Assembly: GCA_958296135.2 (NCBI GenBank)
Contig: CATQHZ020000001.1
Span: 3,104,001-3,168,000 of the forward strand
Length of the DNA stretch: 64,000 nt
Direction of reading: 5' to 3'
Origin: an uncultured Poribacteria bacterium
GTDB taxonomy: Bacteria; Poribacteria; WGA-4E; WGA-3G
A program made the position numbers and the translations under genes. Positions within the stretch are counted from its first letter, which is position 1, and each line of letters begins with the position of its first letter. Below the pieces are notes generated by a model. The model ran no database searches and was not told the origin of the DNA. It saw only the letters and a list, made by a program, of their open reading frames with translations. This document shows positions 1-11,738 of the stretch, piece after piece.

Positions 1-859
1 CCTCGCTGCTGTCTTGTCCGGTGACGATAACAATGCCGCCTTTCTTAACGAAGTCTCGGATTTTCTTCTCTGTTTCAGGGGAGAGGTGGTAGCGTCCGTA
101 ACTTGATATTTCCTCGTATCCCATCCACAGCATATCGGCTTCGTTGAGGTTGGCGAGTTTTCTATCTTGGACAGGTTCGTAAACTATGTGGCGTTTCCCG
201 GCTTTCTTCGTTGCGCGCAGTGCTTGATACTCATACGTCATCGTGTTGGTGTAGACTTCCACCTGACTCCACGTTGAGTGCGTGCTATTGCCGGTGAGGA
301 CGAGCGTCTTCACGGCGTTTTCGGGCGCGCCTACCCACATCTTCCCAGCAAGTATCTCCCGGACAATTTTTTGGAACGCCTTCGTTTTTCCCTTAAACGT
401 GCGCGACATCATCGGATCGATGTGCGTGAAACTCCACCATGAACCGGCGGTGTATCTGCCGTGATACCCACGCATTTGGAACCACGTGTTATCGACAAAA
501 CACATGCTGTCGATACCGTAGTGTTGGCGGTAGAAAACGATAATCGGCATCCCGGGTTCAAGCAGTTTCGCCAGTTTTTCGGGAGAAGTGCCGCGTTTGT
601 AGTGCCCGGTGGCGAAGTTCATATTAATTTCCTTCATACCGCATTCGCCTTTGACATCCTCCTGCACGGTGACGATGCCTCTCAGGCGGCGTTTGTCAAC
701 GCTTTTGACTTCGCCGAAGACGATGTTGGTGCAGGCATCAAGCACTTCGCGAATGGTATATTCACGTTCAATAAACGCGGCCGTTTCCGATGGCGCGAAC
801 AGCAGGCCGATGAAACAGCACGCGAGGACTGAGGCGGTGAGGTTGTGTGTCCAATGCAC
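1..859 (-). CDS. Secreted hypothetical protein, truncated by window start
   Basis: Not in the ORF track because it has no stop in the window. GTG at 859 follows AAGGAGG; reads MHWTHNLTASVLACCFIGLLFAPSETAA-FIEREYTIREVLDAC..., a signal-peptide-like start. Confidence 0.7.
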   Translation of the reverse strand, partial: MHWTHNLTASVLACCFIGLLFAPSETAAFIEREYTIREVLDACTNIVFGEVKSVDKRRLRGIVTVQEDVKGECGMKEINMNFATGHYKRGTSPEKLAKLLEPGMPIIVFYRQHYGIDSMCFVDNTWFQMRGYHGRYTAGSWWSFTHIDPMMSRTFKGKTKAFQKIVREILAGKMWVGAPENAVKTLVLTGNSTHSTWSQVEVYTNTMTYEYQALRATKKAGKRHIVYEPVQDRKLANLNEADMLWMGYEEISSYGRYHLSPETEKKIRDFVKKGGIVIVTGQDSSE

Positions 860-1164
860 GGTGCAATTCCTCCTTTTACGTAAGTTGACATTTATTATAG
901 CATATTTTGTATAAACTTGGCAAGAAAAAAATTGGGGTGGTGGGCGGAGAAAAAATGCTCGGAATATCATTCGGACGAGGATGTCTACCGCGGCGCAGCT
1001 AAGTGTCTGAATGAGGCTCGCGAGGGACAGTGGACATCTCTGCAGCCTCGCTGCAGAGATGACAACGTTTCGGCGTGACGGCTCTCGCGCTACGGGCTAA
1101 GCGGTAGGGCGAGGGACAGGCTCTCGCCGTGCTGCGGACCGGGGCCGTTTTTTCAGATTCCTTC

Positions 1165-1193
1165 TTGACATTCAAAACGGTTTAAGGTATGCT
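1165..1193 (+). promoter_or_regulatory. Sigma70-like promoter, probably driving a leaderless mRNA
   Basis: TTGACA-17 nt-TATGCT; the ATG at 1200 is 7 nt after the -10 box and has no SD. Confidence 0.55.
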
Positions 1194-1199
1194 TCCATC

Positions 1200-2738
1200 A
1201 TGCTGAACACGCCAAAAATCTTTGACGCTGCCATCTACGTTGGGTTTCTTATTTTTGTGCTATCGCTGCCGTTCGGGTATTCAACGGTGTTCCTGAACCT
1301 CGGGATGTCGCTAGTGCTCGTCGGATGGGTGGGCAGAACCATCTTGGAGCGGAAACTCGGCTGGCACCGCACTGCGCTTGACTTGCCAATCGCGCTCTTT
1401 TTAGGATTGGCCTTGGTGGCATCGTTCTTCGCGCCGCATCCTGCCACGAGTAGCCTCGGCTATTTTTGGAAATGGCTCCGGGCAGTTCTCCTCTTTTACG
1501 CCGTTGTCCACTGTCGTCTTGGACATCGGTGGCGGCACGTTGTCGTTGCGTTTATCCTTGCCGGTGGGATTTCCTCTGCGCTGGGGCTCTGGTATTACGC
1601 CAACGACGCGCAGTTGGCGATGGATTTTATGGGACGAATGCCGTTAGCGTATCAGGCGGAAATGCCCGATGGCAACGGATACCGCATTTCGGGGGAACTG
1701 CGCGCCGAATTGCGGAAGCACAACATGCCGCTTTCGCCGAGCGCGGTGTTCGTGCCATCAAAAGTACCTGACGAGTGGCGCATCGAGGATGCCGAGCGAG
1801 AGAGACGTTACACGATTCGGAAGAGCGAAACATATCTGATGGTTTACATGATAGAACCGCGGCTCACGGGGACGTTCAAAATGCCGAACGACTTGGGTGC
1901 GTATCTCGCGCTCCTCCTTCCGTTAACGCTCGGCTATTTTGTTGCCAGTATTCGCGCATGTCTGTCTCAGTCGGTAGGCGCGCGTTGGAAGCGTGCACAC
2001 CGCTGGTTCTCCTTCGCGCTTGGCACAGCCCTAGTCCTGATGTGTGCGAATTTGGCGTTGACTTTGACTCGCGCGGCGTGGGTGAGCGTTGCCGTTACGG
2101 CAGGCTTTTTGTTCCTAGTGGTTGTTCGGGCTCGGGCTGGCGATAGCGCGAGGGACAGGCCCTCGCGCTACGGTGGGAGGGCGGTAAAATGGTGCTTTCT
2201 ACTATTCTTAACCGCTGTCACCGTGGTGCTATCGCTATTTTTTATCCCTCGGCATATCCAGACACGCTTCCAGACGATGCTGGAGCATCCCGCGGGGTTC
2301 ATGGGGGAACGTCCGCAATGGTGGCAGACTTCGCTTGAGCTCATTCGGCACTATCCGCTGACAGGCATCGGATTGGGTAGGTTTCGTTATGAATATCAAC
2401 TGAACGGCCCGCCAAACCAGTATAACATCCCGTATCATTCGCATAACATCTATTTGCACATCGCCGTTGAGCACGGTATTCCTTCGCTTTTCGTGTTCGT
2501 GTGGATGCTCGTGATTATCTGTCGGCAGGTACTCGCGATGCGGAAGGCGAATGATTTTTGGGGGATGGGCATTTTTATCGGTGGGAGCGGATCCCTGCTC
2601 TCTGCGCTGGTTTACGGGCTTGCCGATAATGTGCTGCACCACCGTTCGTTGTTGATTTTCTGGTTTATTGTTGGTTTGATTTTTGTTGTTCCTCGTGATG
2701 GTTCAGTTGCCTCTGGGGATACGCGCTTGCCTGAGTAG
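1200..2738 (+). CDS. O-antigen ligase (WaaL/Wzy_C)-family membrane protein
   Basis: Multiple TM segments; PNDLG, TLTRAAW, PLTGIGLG and HSHNIYLHIAVEHG motifs. Confidence 0.85.
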   Translation: MLNTPKIFDAAIYVGFLIFVLSLPFGYSTVFLNLGMSLVLVGWVGRTILERKLGWHRTALDLPIALFLGLALVASFFAPHPATSSLGYFWKWLRAVLLFYAVVHCRLGHRWRHVVVAFILAGGISSALGLWYYANDAQLAMDFMGRMPLAYQAEMPDGNGYRISGELRAELRKHNMPLSPSAVFVPSKVPDEWRIEDAERERRYTIRKSETYLMVYMIEPRLTGTFKMPNDLGAYLALLLPLTLGYFVASIRACLSQSVGARWKRAHRWFSFALGTALVLMCANLALTLTRAAWVSVAVTAGFLFLVVVRARAGDSARDRPSRYGGRAVKWCFLLFLTAVTVVLSLFFIPRHIQTRFQTMLEHPAGFMGERPQWWQTSLELIRHYPLTGIGLGRFRYEYQLNGPPNQYNIPYHSHNIYLHIAVEHGIPSLFVFVWMLVIICRQVLAMRKANDFWGMGIFIGGSGSLLSALVYGLADNVLHHRSLLIFWFIVGLIFVVPRDGSVASGDTRLPE

Positions 2739-3012
2739 GCCGTCCAGCAGCATTTAGTTTCCCATTTCTGTCGTTTGAGATGAGTTCGCCAGAGCTCAAA
2801 CAGTGGGCATCTCTGCTGGAAAACCGGCAGGGATGAACGCGAAGAGGCGTAACGGCCCTCGCCTTACGGGGGCCGGGGGTGTTTGCGTGGTGAGAGACAG
2901 TGGACATCTCTGCAGCGAGGCGGCAGAGATGACAAAGTTAAAGTAAGGTAGCATGCTTTCGCGGGGCGACACACGCACGTTTGCTGTAGGCGTGACCGTA
3001 ACGGCCCTCGCC

Positions 3013-4272
3013 CTACGGGAACGGTGGGGGAAAATTCTCAATAATCGCCGCGCCGAATTCGGACGTGCGCACCTTTGTTGCGCCCTCCATTAACCGCTCC
3101 AAGTCATACGTCACTCGCTTTTGGAGGAGAGTTTTCTCCAACCCCGCGATAACCAAATCCGCGGCTTCTTGCCAGCCGATATGCTCCAGCATCATCACAG
3201 CGGAGAGGATCAGCGAGCCTGGGTTGACGACATCCTGGTCGGTGTATTTAGGTGCGGTGCCGTGCGTTGCCTCAAATAGCGCAACATCGTCACTCAGGTT
3301 GCCGCCGGGTGCCATGCCGATGCCGCCTACCTGTGCGGCGGCTGCATCGGACAGATAGTCACCGTTGAGATTCGGTGTGACGATGACATCGTACTCATCG
3401 GTGCGCGTCAGAATCTGTTGCAACATGCTGTCCGCGATCCGGTCGTTGACGAGGATTTTTCCTTCGGGGAGATTCCCATCGTAGTCGCTGTAGAGTTCGT
3501 CTTCGGTCAGGGTTACATCGGCGAATTCCTCTTTGGCGAGTTCATATCCCCAGGCGCAGAATGCGCCTTCGGTGAACTTCATGATGTTGCCTTTGTGAAC
3601 AAAGGTGACGGTGCGTCTGCCGTGATTGAGCGCGTATTGAATCGCCATCCGCGCTAAGCGTTTCGTGCCGAAAATGCTGATGGGCTTGATTCCAACGCCG
3701 GAGTCTTGGCGGATTTCCACTCCCATCTCGGTGCGGAGCAGTTCGATCACCTTATGCACTTCTGGTGTGCCTTGTTCCCACTCAATCCCGGCGTAGACAT
3801 CTTCGGTATTCTCCCGAAAGATGACGACATCCATCTTTTCTGGATGCGTAACAGGAGCGGGGACACCCTGAAAATAGCGGACGGGTCTGACGCAGGCGTA
3901 AAGTTCAAGCACCTGACGCAATGTCACGTTTAAGCTGCGAAAGCCGCCGCCAACCGGTGTTGTCAACGGGCCTTTCAAGGCGACACGGAAGTGTTCAATT
4001 GCTTTGAAGGTATCCTGCGGCAGCCATTCGTTGTATTTTTCAAAGGCGTTTTCGCCGGCGTAGATATCAAACCAGATAATCTGTTTTTCGGTGCCGTAGG
4101 CGGTCTGGATGGCGGCATTGACGACGCGTCGGGTGACTTTCATGATGTCTCGGCCGATGCCATCGCCTTCGATAACAGGGATAATAGGCTTGTTGGGGAC
4201 AACCATTCGTCCATCGCCTGTCTCAATTTTGTCGCCTTCGGATGGGACTGTTAATTGCTCAAATTCAATCAT
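3013..4272 (-). CDS. icd: NADP-dependent isocitrate dehydrogenase
   Basis: [44 protein letters not shown]; start taken at MIEFEQL. Confidence 0.97.
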   Translation of the reverse strand: MIEFEQLTVPSEGDKIETGDGRMVVPNKPIIPVIEGDGIGRDIMKVTRRVVNAAIQTAYGTEKQIIWFDIYAGENAFEKYNEWLPQDTFKAIEHFRVALKGPLTTPVGGGFRSLNVTLRQVLELYACVRPVRYFQGVPAPVTHPEKMDVVIFRENTEDVYAGIEWEQGTPEVHKVIELLRTEMGVEIRQDSGVGIKPISIFGTKRLARMAIQYALNHGRRTVTFVHKGNIMKFTEGAFCAWGYELAKEEFADVTLTEDELYSDYDGNLPEGKILVNDRIADSMLQQILTRTDEYDVIVTPNLNGDYLSDAAAAQVGGIGMAPGGNLSDDVALFEATHGTAPKYTDQDVVNPGSLILSAVMMLEHIGWQEAADLVIAGLEKTLLQKRVTYDLERLMEGATKVRTSEFGAAIIENFPPPFP

Positions 4273-4601
4273 TTTTGTTGTTCCTAGTAACATGGCGAGG
4301 GGCAGTGGCCATCTCTGCAGCGCGGCTGCAGAGATGACAGCGTTAAAGTAAGGTAGTTTGCTTTTATAGTTTTTGACGCAGTGTTATTCGCAAAACCGAA
4401 TAACACATCTTCGGAAACCGTTTGGCTTTCGCAAACTGCCTACGTCAAAAACTGCAGCGATGCAAAGGTCACGTCTATCAAGACAGGCGAGCTGCCTCGC
4501 CAGAGCGACTGACTACCGTAAACACGTTTGCTGTAGGCGTGACCGGGACGGCCCTCGCGCTACGGTGGCTCAGTAATAATTATGAGAGACCGGTTCTCGC
4601 C

Positions 4602-6161
4602 CTACCGGTCAAAAGCGTTCGCGCCTGCTAGCCGGTTGTGCAGTGCCACCACCTCGTTTGCGATAGTCATATCGTCAGTGGGTGTTGGGATGATCTCGGG
4701 GTGCGGCGGGATGACCGGCCGGATAATCTTCAGTTGCAGTTGCTCGCGTGCATCCATCATCCATCCGAATCCGCGGAAAATGTATGTCAGGAGCGTCCGG
4801 TCGCTTTCGTAGATGTCAAGTCCTTCTTGTACTGCCCATCCGCCGAAGTCGGTGTTGGGTGTGACGCGAAGCGGCGGGTCATTTTCACGGCCGGGGCGCA
4901 CGATGCCGTCAATGAAAGCGAGTTGATAAATGCGCTGGATAATCCCCAACCGTTTCTTCTGCCTGTCGCTGAGTTGAACGTCTCCGTTATCAACGGCTTC
5001 AAGGAAGGGGTTGAGATAGATGGCGGGCCTCGGGTCTTGCTGGATTTCGTCGGTGCGTCCAGCGGCGGCGATTTCTGGGTGCCCAAAGGTCGGTAGCGCG
5101 ATGAGCATTCGTGCGCGGATGGCTTCTTCTCGCGCGTCGGCATCGAGCGGTTCAAGTTGGTTCATAAACGCTGTCATGTCGTGAATTGCGCCGAAGTGCC
5201 GGTCTCCGTCTAATGTCATTTGGGAGGCGACGAAGAAGTCAGAGACTGCGCCCGTATGTAAGGTGGCGAGGTAGCGCGCGACGACGTTGGAACCGGCGGA
5301 GCCGTGGTGCGTCTGGATGATGCCCATTCGTTCCAAAATGTTCGCCTCGACGGGGCTCGCGTGTCTACCGAGGAGGAGGCTATAGCAAGTTTGGAAGGCA
5401 GTCTTCCCGCTTTTTTGGTGTTCCACGATGAGGTCCTTCGCGCGCATGGCGAGCACCTGCGGATGCAATGCAGTGTTGCCCCGGAGTTGGTGCCGCATGT
5501 AAACGGAGACTGCGCCCAAGGCGACATTTTCCATGTGCGCTCCGATGAGCTCAAAGAGGAGCGAGCCGGGGTTCCGTGTGCTGTTAATGCCGCGCTGCCG
5601 CGGTGCGTTGAGTTTGCGGAGCGTCGAGAAATGTTGAATGACTGCCTCGGGGCCAGCTTCCGGGAAGGCTTTGACGAACTCCGCGACCTGGTTGATGAGG
5701 CGTTGTTTGCCGTTCACACTGTCCCGGCGGGTGTCAGCGAACCGATAAAACTTCCTATCTATTAATTCTGACAAGACGGCCTCTTCATCGAGTCCATCGG
5801 TGTCCTTTTCCGGTTTCCTGCCGAAGAGTCCGGCGAAGATAACAAACGCGGGGCTGAGCCGTTCGGCGACAATCTCGCTCTCCAAAACGATGCCGCGGAT
5901 TGCGAAACTTCGGATATTCAGGGTTATCTCTGTCTCCGCACATTTCACCGCGGTTTTGTGTAACGCGGGATTCGCGAAGACAGTCGTGGATTGAGGCATT
6001 GAACTGAAACTATTAAGCACCGCGGTAATTTGTTCTTCACCGAGTTCATCAGCGCGTGCTATGGATTCTGTCACGGGCGCATACGCTGAGGCATCGGGGA
6101 GGTAGGATAGGGTTTTCCTGACCGCGGCGACTTTTTTCGCCTCCAAATTTTTATTGAACAT
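4602..6161 (-). CDS. Divergent citrate synthase-family protein
   Basis: HHGSAGS, DGDRHFGA, LPTFGHP, DPR, PNTDF, R-x-x-GW and IRP occur in citrate-synthase order; ATG 6161 after AAGGAG; co-oriented upstream of icd. Confidence 0.7.
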   Translation of the reverse strand: MFNKNLEAKKVAAVRKTLSYLPDASAYAPVTESIARADELGEEQITAVLNSFSSMPQSTTVFANPALHKTAVKCAETEITLNIRSFAIRGIVLESEIVAERLSPAFVIFAGLFGRKPEKDTDGLDEEAVLSELIDRKFYRFADTRRDSVNGKQRLINQVAEFVKAFPEAGPEAVIQHFSTLRKLNAPRQRGINSTRNPGSLLFELIGAHMENVALGAVSVYMRHQLRGNTALHPQVLAMRAKDLIVEHQKSGKTAFQTCYSLLLGRHASPVEANILERMGIIQTHHGSAGSNVVARYLATLHTGAVSDFFVASQMTLDGDRHFGAIHDMTAFMNQLEPLDADAREEAIRARMLIALPTFGHPEIAAAGRTDEIQQDPRPAIYLNPFLEAVDNGDVQLSDRQKKRLGIIQRIYQLAFIDGIVRPGRENDPPLRVTPNTDFGGWAVQEGLDIYESDRTLLTYIFRGFGWMMDAREQLQLKIIRPVIPPHPEIIPTPTDDMTIANEVVALHNRLAGANAFDR

Positions 6162-6656
6162 GAAATCTCCTTCGTTAATAGTCATTTTCGCCTGTCGCGT
6201 GCAGACGTTCCGGTTAATTCGTCTGCGCGTGCGCGCCGCCAAAAGTGGCAACGAATGTTTTTAATTTACCGTGCCTATCGTTGTTAATTATTCTGACCTG
6301 GGAATAGCTCAGCACCATTCCCTGTATGACATGCCGGTCAAGACCCGGGGAACTCCTCTCCACTTAACAGGGGTGAGACAAATCAACGTCGTTTGGTATT
6401 AAGTCTTAATTATTTTACCAAAACAGCCATTAAAAGTCAAGATAAAAATAATTTGCACAAATTGAGAAATTGTAGTATCATTTTAATGAGCGATATGATT
6501 TGAAGTCACTGCGCGTCTCTTTTGACTTGCGCGGTGCTTAGCATTTATTTTTTTCCAAATAGGACGGACGCAGCACACCCCGTAGGCGCGGTTTGTAACC
6601 GCGCTACCGGCACCTGTGAATTTTGCGAAGGTCCGGATAGATAAGGAGTTAACGCT

Positions 6657-6941
6657 ATGCGCAATGAAGCATTAGGAATGGTTGAAACCCGCGGGCTTAT
6701 CGGCGCGATAGAAGCCGCTGACACTATGGTAAAAGCCGCTAACGTGAAATTAGTCGGCAAGGAGCAGGTAGGCGGCGGTTTCGTCACTGTCATGGTTCGT
6801 GGGGATGTCGGTGCAGTGCAGGCTGCGACAGAAGCAGGCGCGGAGGCCGCGAAATCGGTAGGCGAGTTAGTCTCGGTGCACGTTATCCCGCGCCCGCATT
6901 CAGATGTGGAAATCATCCTCGGTGGGACAGCGGACGAATAA
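6657..6941 (+). CDS. Bacterial microcompartment hexamer shell protein (BMC-H, EutM/PduA-like)
   Basis: [26 protein letters not shown]...RGDVGAV...VHVIPRPH; SD AAGGAG. Confidence 0.97.
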   Translation: MRNEALGMVETRGLIGAIEAADTMVKAANVKLVGKEQVGGGFVTVMVRGDVGAVQAATEAGAEAAKSVGELVSVHVIPRPHSDVEIILGGTADE

Positions 6942-7118
6942 ACCCGTTGTCCGTGTTGGACCTGGCGCGATACATGCATCGCGCCTTAGGGGTTTTTGTT
7001 GTTCCTAGCGGTTGTTTAGTTGCGTCTGGGCGGCGGAGACAGCCTGAGCAGGCCGTCTTCACGTTGTGAAGACTTGCGGCTGCCCGGCAGCATCACAACC
7101 GAAAGAGTGGAGGGCTGA

Positions 7119-8552
7119 ATGACACAAATTGACGAAAAACAGATTGAAGAACTTGTTTCCCAGATCTTAACCACACTGCAGCAGAACGGTGCTGTTTCAC
7201 CGGCCGCTCCGGTTAGTGTGAACAGGGTGAGCGCGTCAACACGTGCCGGCGTTTTCGCCACGGTGGATGAGGCTGTCGCTGCGGCGAAAGTAGCGCAGGC
7301 ATCCTTCGTCGCGCTCGGGTTTGCCAAACGCGGCGCGCTTATTGATGCCATTAAGCATGCCTCGCTAGAGAACGCGAAGCGGCTTGCCGAATTCGCGGCG
7401 GAAGAGACGCAAATGGGCAATCCGGTACACAAGGTGATGAAAAATGAGGGGGCAGTTCACCTGTCCCCGGGTGTTGAGGATTTGCAGTCGGAGGCAATGA
7501 CAGGCGATGCTGGCACGCTCCTGGTTGAGTATGTCCCGTTCGGAGTCATCAATTCGATTACGCCCACAACGAATCCGACTTCAACGGTGATTAACCATGC
7601 GATTATCATGCTCTCGGCGGGCAATGCAGTCGTGTTCAGTCCGCATCCGAATGCGCGTGAATGCACCGAGGAGACGATGCACGTCATCAACGAAGCGATT
7701 GTGCAGGCAGGGGGGCCCGCGAATCTCCTGACTTCCGTTGCTAATGCGAGTCTCCGCACGGCGAAACAGCTTATGGAGCATCCTGACATCGCGATGCTGG
7801 TGGCCACCGGGGGCGGGAGCGTCGTCAAGGCGGCACTCTCTAGTGGAAAGAAGGCCGTCGCTGCCGGGCCGGGTAACCCGCCCGCGGTTATTGACGAAAC
7901 CGCTGACATTTCTCAAGCGGCGAAGCATGTCATCGCCGGCACCAGTTTTGATAACAACCTGCTCTGCATCGGCGAGAAAGCACTCTTTGTCGTGGAATCT
8001 GTCGCTAATGAGACGGTTCGCGAGCTGACCCGGGGCGGCGGATATCTCCTGGGCGCGAGTCAACGCGAGGCCCTGGAGGCGGTTGTCACCCAAAATGGGG
8101 AATCCAACAAGGACTACATCGGCAAGGACGCAAAGCACATTCTCGCCGCAGCAGGCATTACAGCCCCTGCTGACACGGCTGCGATTGTTGTTGAAGTCCC
8201 GGCAGACCACGGATTCGTGCTTAACGAATACCTGATGCCGATTCTGCCGGTAGTGCGGTGCCGTGATTTTGATGAGGCTGTCAAGGGTGCAGTCGCCGCA
8301 GAGGGAGGACGACGGCACACTGCCGTGCTTCACACCCATAACACCGCGCGCATCACCCGGTTTACGAAGGCGACAGACTGCAACGTTGTTGTGATTAACG
8401 CGCCCTCTTATGCCTGCTGCGGGTTAGAAGGCGAAGGCTATTTGGCAATGACTATCGCCGGTCCGACAGGCGAAGGGTTTACGCGGCCTCGCACGTTTAC
8501 GCGTCAGCGGCGGTTAACTCTCGCAAACGATTTGTCGGTGCATACTTTATAG
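7119..8552 (+). CDS. CoA-acylating aldehyde dehydrogenase (EutE/PduP-like) with encapsulation peptide
   Basis: PFGVI...PTTNP, ATGG, GPGNPP, FDNNLLCIGEK, TIAGPTGEG; amphipathic N-terminus IDEKQIEELVSQIL. Confidence 0.93.
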   Translation: MTQIDEKQIEELVSQILTTLQQNGAVSPAAPVSVNRVSASTRAGVFATVDEAVAAAKVAQASFVALGFAKRGALIDAIKHASLENAKRLAEFAAEETQMGNPVHKVMKNEGAVHLSPGVEDLQSEAMTGDAGTLLVEYVPFGVINSITPTTNPTSTVINHAIIMLSAGNAVVFSPHPNARECTEETMHVINEAIVQAGGPANLLTSVANASLRTAKQLMEHPDIAMLVATGGGSVVKAALSSGKKAVAAGPGNPPAVIDETADISQAAKHVIAGTSFDNNLLCIGEKALFVVESVANETVRELTRGGGYLLGASQREALEAVVTQNGESNKDYIGKDAKHILAAAGITAPADTAAIVVEVPADHGFVLNEYLMPILPVVRCRDFDEAVKGAVAAEGGRRHTAVLHTHNTARITRFTKATDCNVVVINAPSYACCGLEGEGYLAMTIAGPTGEGFTRPRTFTRQRRLTLANDLSVHTL

Positions 8553-8637
8553 AGACTGTAAGGGCGGATGTCCATATCCGCCCTTTTTCTAGCTGACATT
8601 AAACGCGCTATCCCAGGGTTTACGCACATGCCAATTC

Positions 8638-8667
8638 GGTAGGCGCGGTTTGAAACCGTGCCTACGG
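8638..8667. repeat. Representative of the dispersed REP family GTAGGCGCGGTTTGAAACCGCGCCTAC
   Basis: Copies near 6582, 8640, 17330, 21582, 21610, 56289 and 61710; other families include GTAGCGCGAGGGACAGGCCCTCGCGCTAC and GTAAGGGCGGATGTCCATATCCGCCC. Confidence 0.85.
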
Positions 8668-8683
8668 GGTTCAGGCTGCGTAG

Positions 8684-10780
<2,097 letters not shown>

Positions 10781-10863
10781 CGATTGTTGCCGGTCGGAGA
10801 GACCACTTTTTTGTAAGGGCGGCTGTCTCTATCCGCCCACCCTGCCGATGTGAGGGAAACCTA

Positions 10864-11193
10864 ATGACGTTAACCAAAGAGCAAATCACAACTATTCTCG
10901 TTGAAGAATTCCCGTATCTTCTGTCGGAATACGGCGTGAGTAAAATCGGTCTGTTCGGTTCCTACGCCAAAGGCACCTCAACTGCGTTAAGCGATGTCGA
11001 TATTATCGTCGCATTTGAACGGCCTATCGGCTTTAAGTTCATGGAACTTGCCGACTATCTTGAAGAACGATTAGGGAAGCCGGCCGATGTCCTCACTGAA
11101 GGCGGATTGACAAGGATTCGGATTCCAGAAGTCGCCACGTCTCTTAAGGAAGGTATTGTCTATATTCAAACCAGAGTCCATTGTGTTTTCTAG
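10864..11193 (+). CDS. Minimal nucleotidyltransferase (MNT antitoxin-like)
   Basis: LFGSYAKG...SDVDI motif; 109 aa. Confidence 0.88.
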   Translation: MTLTKEQITTILVEEFPYLLSEYGVSKIGLFGSYAKGTSTALSDVDIIVAFERPIGFKFMELADYLEERLGKPADVLTEGGLTRIRIPEVATSLKEGIVYIQTRVHCVF

Positions 11194-11235
11194 TCGGAGG
11201 ACTCGCTATAATTGCAAGGAGGTTCATGAATAAAG

Positions 11236-11691
11236 ATGAAAATTGACAGAACTGTTTTACGGGCAGCACTCGCCATAATTGAAAAGGATGCATTAATAGA
11301 ACCTACTTCTATTTATGGTGTGCAAAACATGATGAAGTGTTTTTGTGGCGAAACTGTTCTTATTATGCGGGTGATACCCGAGTCGCCGTGGAACCTAAAC
11401 CAACTTATGGAAGGTATATGTCTTGAGGGCTTAGAAGAAGAAGTAGAGTTGATAGTTTGCGACATAGAGGAGGTTACAACCATCTCCGAAGAAGGCGTGT
11501 CGCAAATTGGATATGTCCTGCACAGCAATCGGTGTGCCCGGGCAGACGAATATCTGCAAGATCTTCTTCAGGCTCCTACCGTTGAGAAAAAGAGTACAGG
11601 CGAAGTGTTCCGGGCAGTGAAAGCGGGAGACACGGTTATAGGTTGGGTAAACGTGAAAACGGGGGAAATCATAGATGAAAGTCCTTTTTGA
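11236..11691 (+). CDS. Hypothetical protein
   Basis: 151-aa ORF, lower GC than neighbours, AAGGAGG upstream; no motif recognised. Confidence 0.6.
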   Translation: MKIDRTVLRAALAIIEKDALIEPTSIYGVQNMMKCFCGETVLIMRVIPESPWNLNQLMEGICLEGLEEEVELIVCDIEEVTTISEEGVSQIGYVLHSNRCARADEYLQDLLQAPTVEKKSTGEVFRAVKAGDTVIGWVNVKTGEIIDESPF

Positions 11692-11738
11692 AATCTGGTG
11701 AGTGTTACGAGGAGTAGCACTCATCGCAATTGATGGCC

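Noticed and set aside
6290-6380. Named riboswitch (SAM, cobalamin, SAH)
   Set aside because: Only short fragments resemble consensus motifs; core elements are missing.
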